From Octopus sinensis (Eukaryota): DNA of 64,000 nt. This document shows positions 61,348-64,000 of this stretch, piece by piece. Each line of letters begins with the position of its first letter. Position 1 is the stretch's first letter. A program made the translations under genes and the position numbers. Under the pieces are notes generated by a model that was not told where the DNA came from, ran no database searches, and saw only the letters and a program-made list of their open reading frames with translations. The DNA is taken from assembly GCF_006345805.1 (NCBI RefSeq), contig NC_042998.1, positions 14,756,001 through 14,820,000 of the forward strand, given 5' to 3'.

Positions 61348-64000
61348 GTAAGTTGTTTTTGCTGTCAACAGCCTTTTAAAATCAATATTGAGATACAATG
61401 GTGGTCTTGCTTAGTCATCTATAGATTGGAAATGAATATATGTACTATTATATAGACATTCATAAATACACAAATTAAAAAAAAAAAATCAAAATCAGTC
61501 TTGTTTATAGAAGAATTAAAATACACAAATGCTATATATTCTCATTTCTGTAAAGCTGTGTGTTTCTTAGCCAATCTATTCTTCTATAATTTCTAAGATA
61601 CCAATAAAATAAACATCACCTTTTCCATAATATTGTTGTAATACAAGGAATAAAAAAAAAACTCCAGTACATTGTGTGTGTGTTACAGTATATTGTAGCC
61701 AGCATTTTGTGATTCCAGTGTTCTGGGGTAAAGGAGAATTAAAATGCAACCATTCATTTCAGGTGATGAGAGATGAGATTGGTCTGTTAAAAAAGTAACT
61801 TCATTAGCCCCTGCTGAGTCTCCAAGTGAGCATAATTTATTGTAAATATAACTATATGGATATTTTATTTAATGTTATCACTTTGCTCAACTTTAATTGT
61901 TGTTTGAAAGCAGTTAAAATTTGAATAAAGTTTTCTCTATTTGAACTCTGTCTCATCTTTGAGACATTGTATTTAAATCTATTCTATTTTTCCCATGATT
62001 TTCATCATCTATTTCCACTGCACGAGCACAATTTTTGTGTGTTTCTATCAAGTGTACATCATCCATTCATTTTATATTCTCAATTCATATCCCATGAAGT
62101 TTTCTTGCAAATTAATGTTGCATATCCAATAAAAAGTATTCACAATTCATTCTGTACTACTCCTTGCAGATCACTATTTGGTGTCTCTCATTCTTAATCT
62201 ACTTTTGTTTAGAGGGGAGTTTCTCACTTCAAATTCATGTCTATTGCCAATACCATCTCTAGATAGCTCTCAACTCACTTTCATAAGTTTCAATCCATGG
62301 AAGTAGAGCAAAAGGCTATGTTCTATCTATAATCCTCTGTACAGAATTCAGGCTTAATATAAGCTGCTCAACACTGAACAAGCTTTGCCACAACCATTAT
62401 TCATAGTAAAATATTTAGAATCACCAAAACAACCAGTGGAACATGGAATACAAATTGCCATTCTAAAAGAGTATTCTCTGTCAACAGAAACTGCTTAGAA
62501 AATTGAACCATTATTACATCATAGCATCAATCAAAATGGCATTGATTATATAGTTCTTGATTACACTGCCTTCATGCATCAAGCTTTAAGAATTAGGGAA
62601 CATGATGCAATTGAGAAGCTGCATGAGAAAGTGGATTTCAACCTTCGGTGCTTTTTTCTTGTATGAAAACTGAAGGCTTTGTTTCTTGAAAGATTATTAA
62701 GTTATTGTTATATGATTCTTTGAATTCTGTACAAACCTCTTCATGTTCAGCTTATTTTGCTCTGTTCTCAAGGGTAATATTGGTCAGTCCTTTAAGTAGA
62801 TTTGGCCAAATTTCACACTATTAATCAGTGTATGGCAGTGATCCAAGCTTTCTTTCAACTTTTTTTTTTTTTTACGCTAGATATAATAATGGGAATGAAC
62901 CACATTGCTCTTCAGTAACTGTCAGAGCCAAGAGCATGTTATGCTGTGGGGTTTTCCAGTAGCAACGTAGAATTATTGATGTTAATGCGCTTGCTTGTTC
63001 AACTTCAGAATGGGCAAATAAATGAAATAACTTATTTATTCTGCTATTTGTGACCTCCAAAATCATTCACTCAGTGTAATGAGCAGCTTCAGTAAAAAGA
63101 CATTCAGTACTACTTAAGGAACTGAACATTGTTGCATCAACTTTTGTCAGTAAAAAGCCATTGCTTCCTCCGAATGTTTTTTTCATACTCCAGATACCTG
63201 CTCTTTTTCCCTGTGCAGTTTTGTGGTCCGTTTGCCAGGCTTGGCAAATGTACTTTCTTTATAGTTGTTTCCTTGCGTTTCCGTTTGTTTCATCAGAAGA
63301 TTACAGAAGAAATCCGGAAGATTACAGAAGAAGATACCATGTTTGCTTTGAAAATAAATTTAATTTTCAAGAAAATGGATTGTGTTTTGGACAAGTTTCA
63401 ATTTGTGTGTGTTAAGAGAGAGAGAGAAAAATGTCTGAAAAAATTTGTTTTGGTATTCAGGTGATTGAATGTTTGCACTGTTGAACATTTACATTAAAAC
63501 TTAAGCCACGGGGTCCTCTTAACTCATGAAGATATATTAAAGTTGCTAATCTCCAGGTCATTTTTGGTTTCCAAAATGACTTAGAATTTTTTTTTTTTTT
63601 CAAAAAAGAAAAGAAATTATATGCTTATGAGACACTAGTTTTTTTATTTTCCGTCCTGATTATTCATAATCTACCCAACATTTAATATTTTGTTTGACTG
63701 TATCTATCCATGTCTACTTGCTTTCACCTTGATGGAAATATATTTGAATAAATATATCCTTAATCATTAAAATTTTCACCATGGTTACGTTAATGTGCAT
63801 GTGTGACACCAGGACATTTAGGTCATAACATTTCACCATCTGTTGCCAGGGTACACTTAAATTGAAGAGGAGATATGAAGTTATTTTTAGGTGCATTTAA
63901 TTTTCTGAGGTTTTAAGATGACAAAGATAATTGTGTGGGTGTAGAAATAGCTGAGTGATTAAGTTTCACAGCCATGAGGTCCTGAGGTGCATAAACCATA

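Noticed and set aside
63461-63520. TTCAG|GTGATT as the acceptor of the next TIAR coding exon
   Set aside because: It translates to VIECLH, not the expected EMKVNWA-like continuation; that exon was not found in the window.

Overview
AT-rich animal genomic DNA. The repeat complement (tRNA-derived SINEs, RTE tails ending in (GAT)n, very dense microsatellites) suggests an octopus or other coleoid cephalopod; this is an inference. Bases 1 to ~45,300 are almost entirely transposon relics and simple repeats: several tRNA-headed SINE families, RTE LINE fragments and their 3' UTRs, mariner and maT-like transposase relics, hAT and TTAA-type MITEs, a Penelope-like element and a ~2.6 kb tandem duplication. 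From ~45,800 the DNA becomes repeat-poor and carries three CpG-rich promoter-like motif clusters. These are followed by the first four coding exons of a TIA1/TIAR (Rox8-type) RRM gene on the + strand (52783-52794, 53067-53098, 53777-53873, 61252-61347), which continues beyond the window. The best candidate for an undescribed system is a recurring module: tRNA-like Pol III head + (AAT/AAC)n linker + minimal hammerhead ribozyme + 9-bp tail repeats. At 34.6-35.7 kb it sits directly behind a Penelope GIY-YIG ORF end. At two other loci it occurs as head-to-head foldback pairs, and one copy (505-550) keeps an intact catalytic core. All coordinates were counted by hand and repeat boundaries are approximate. 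No database searches were run.
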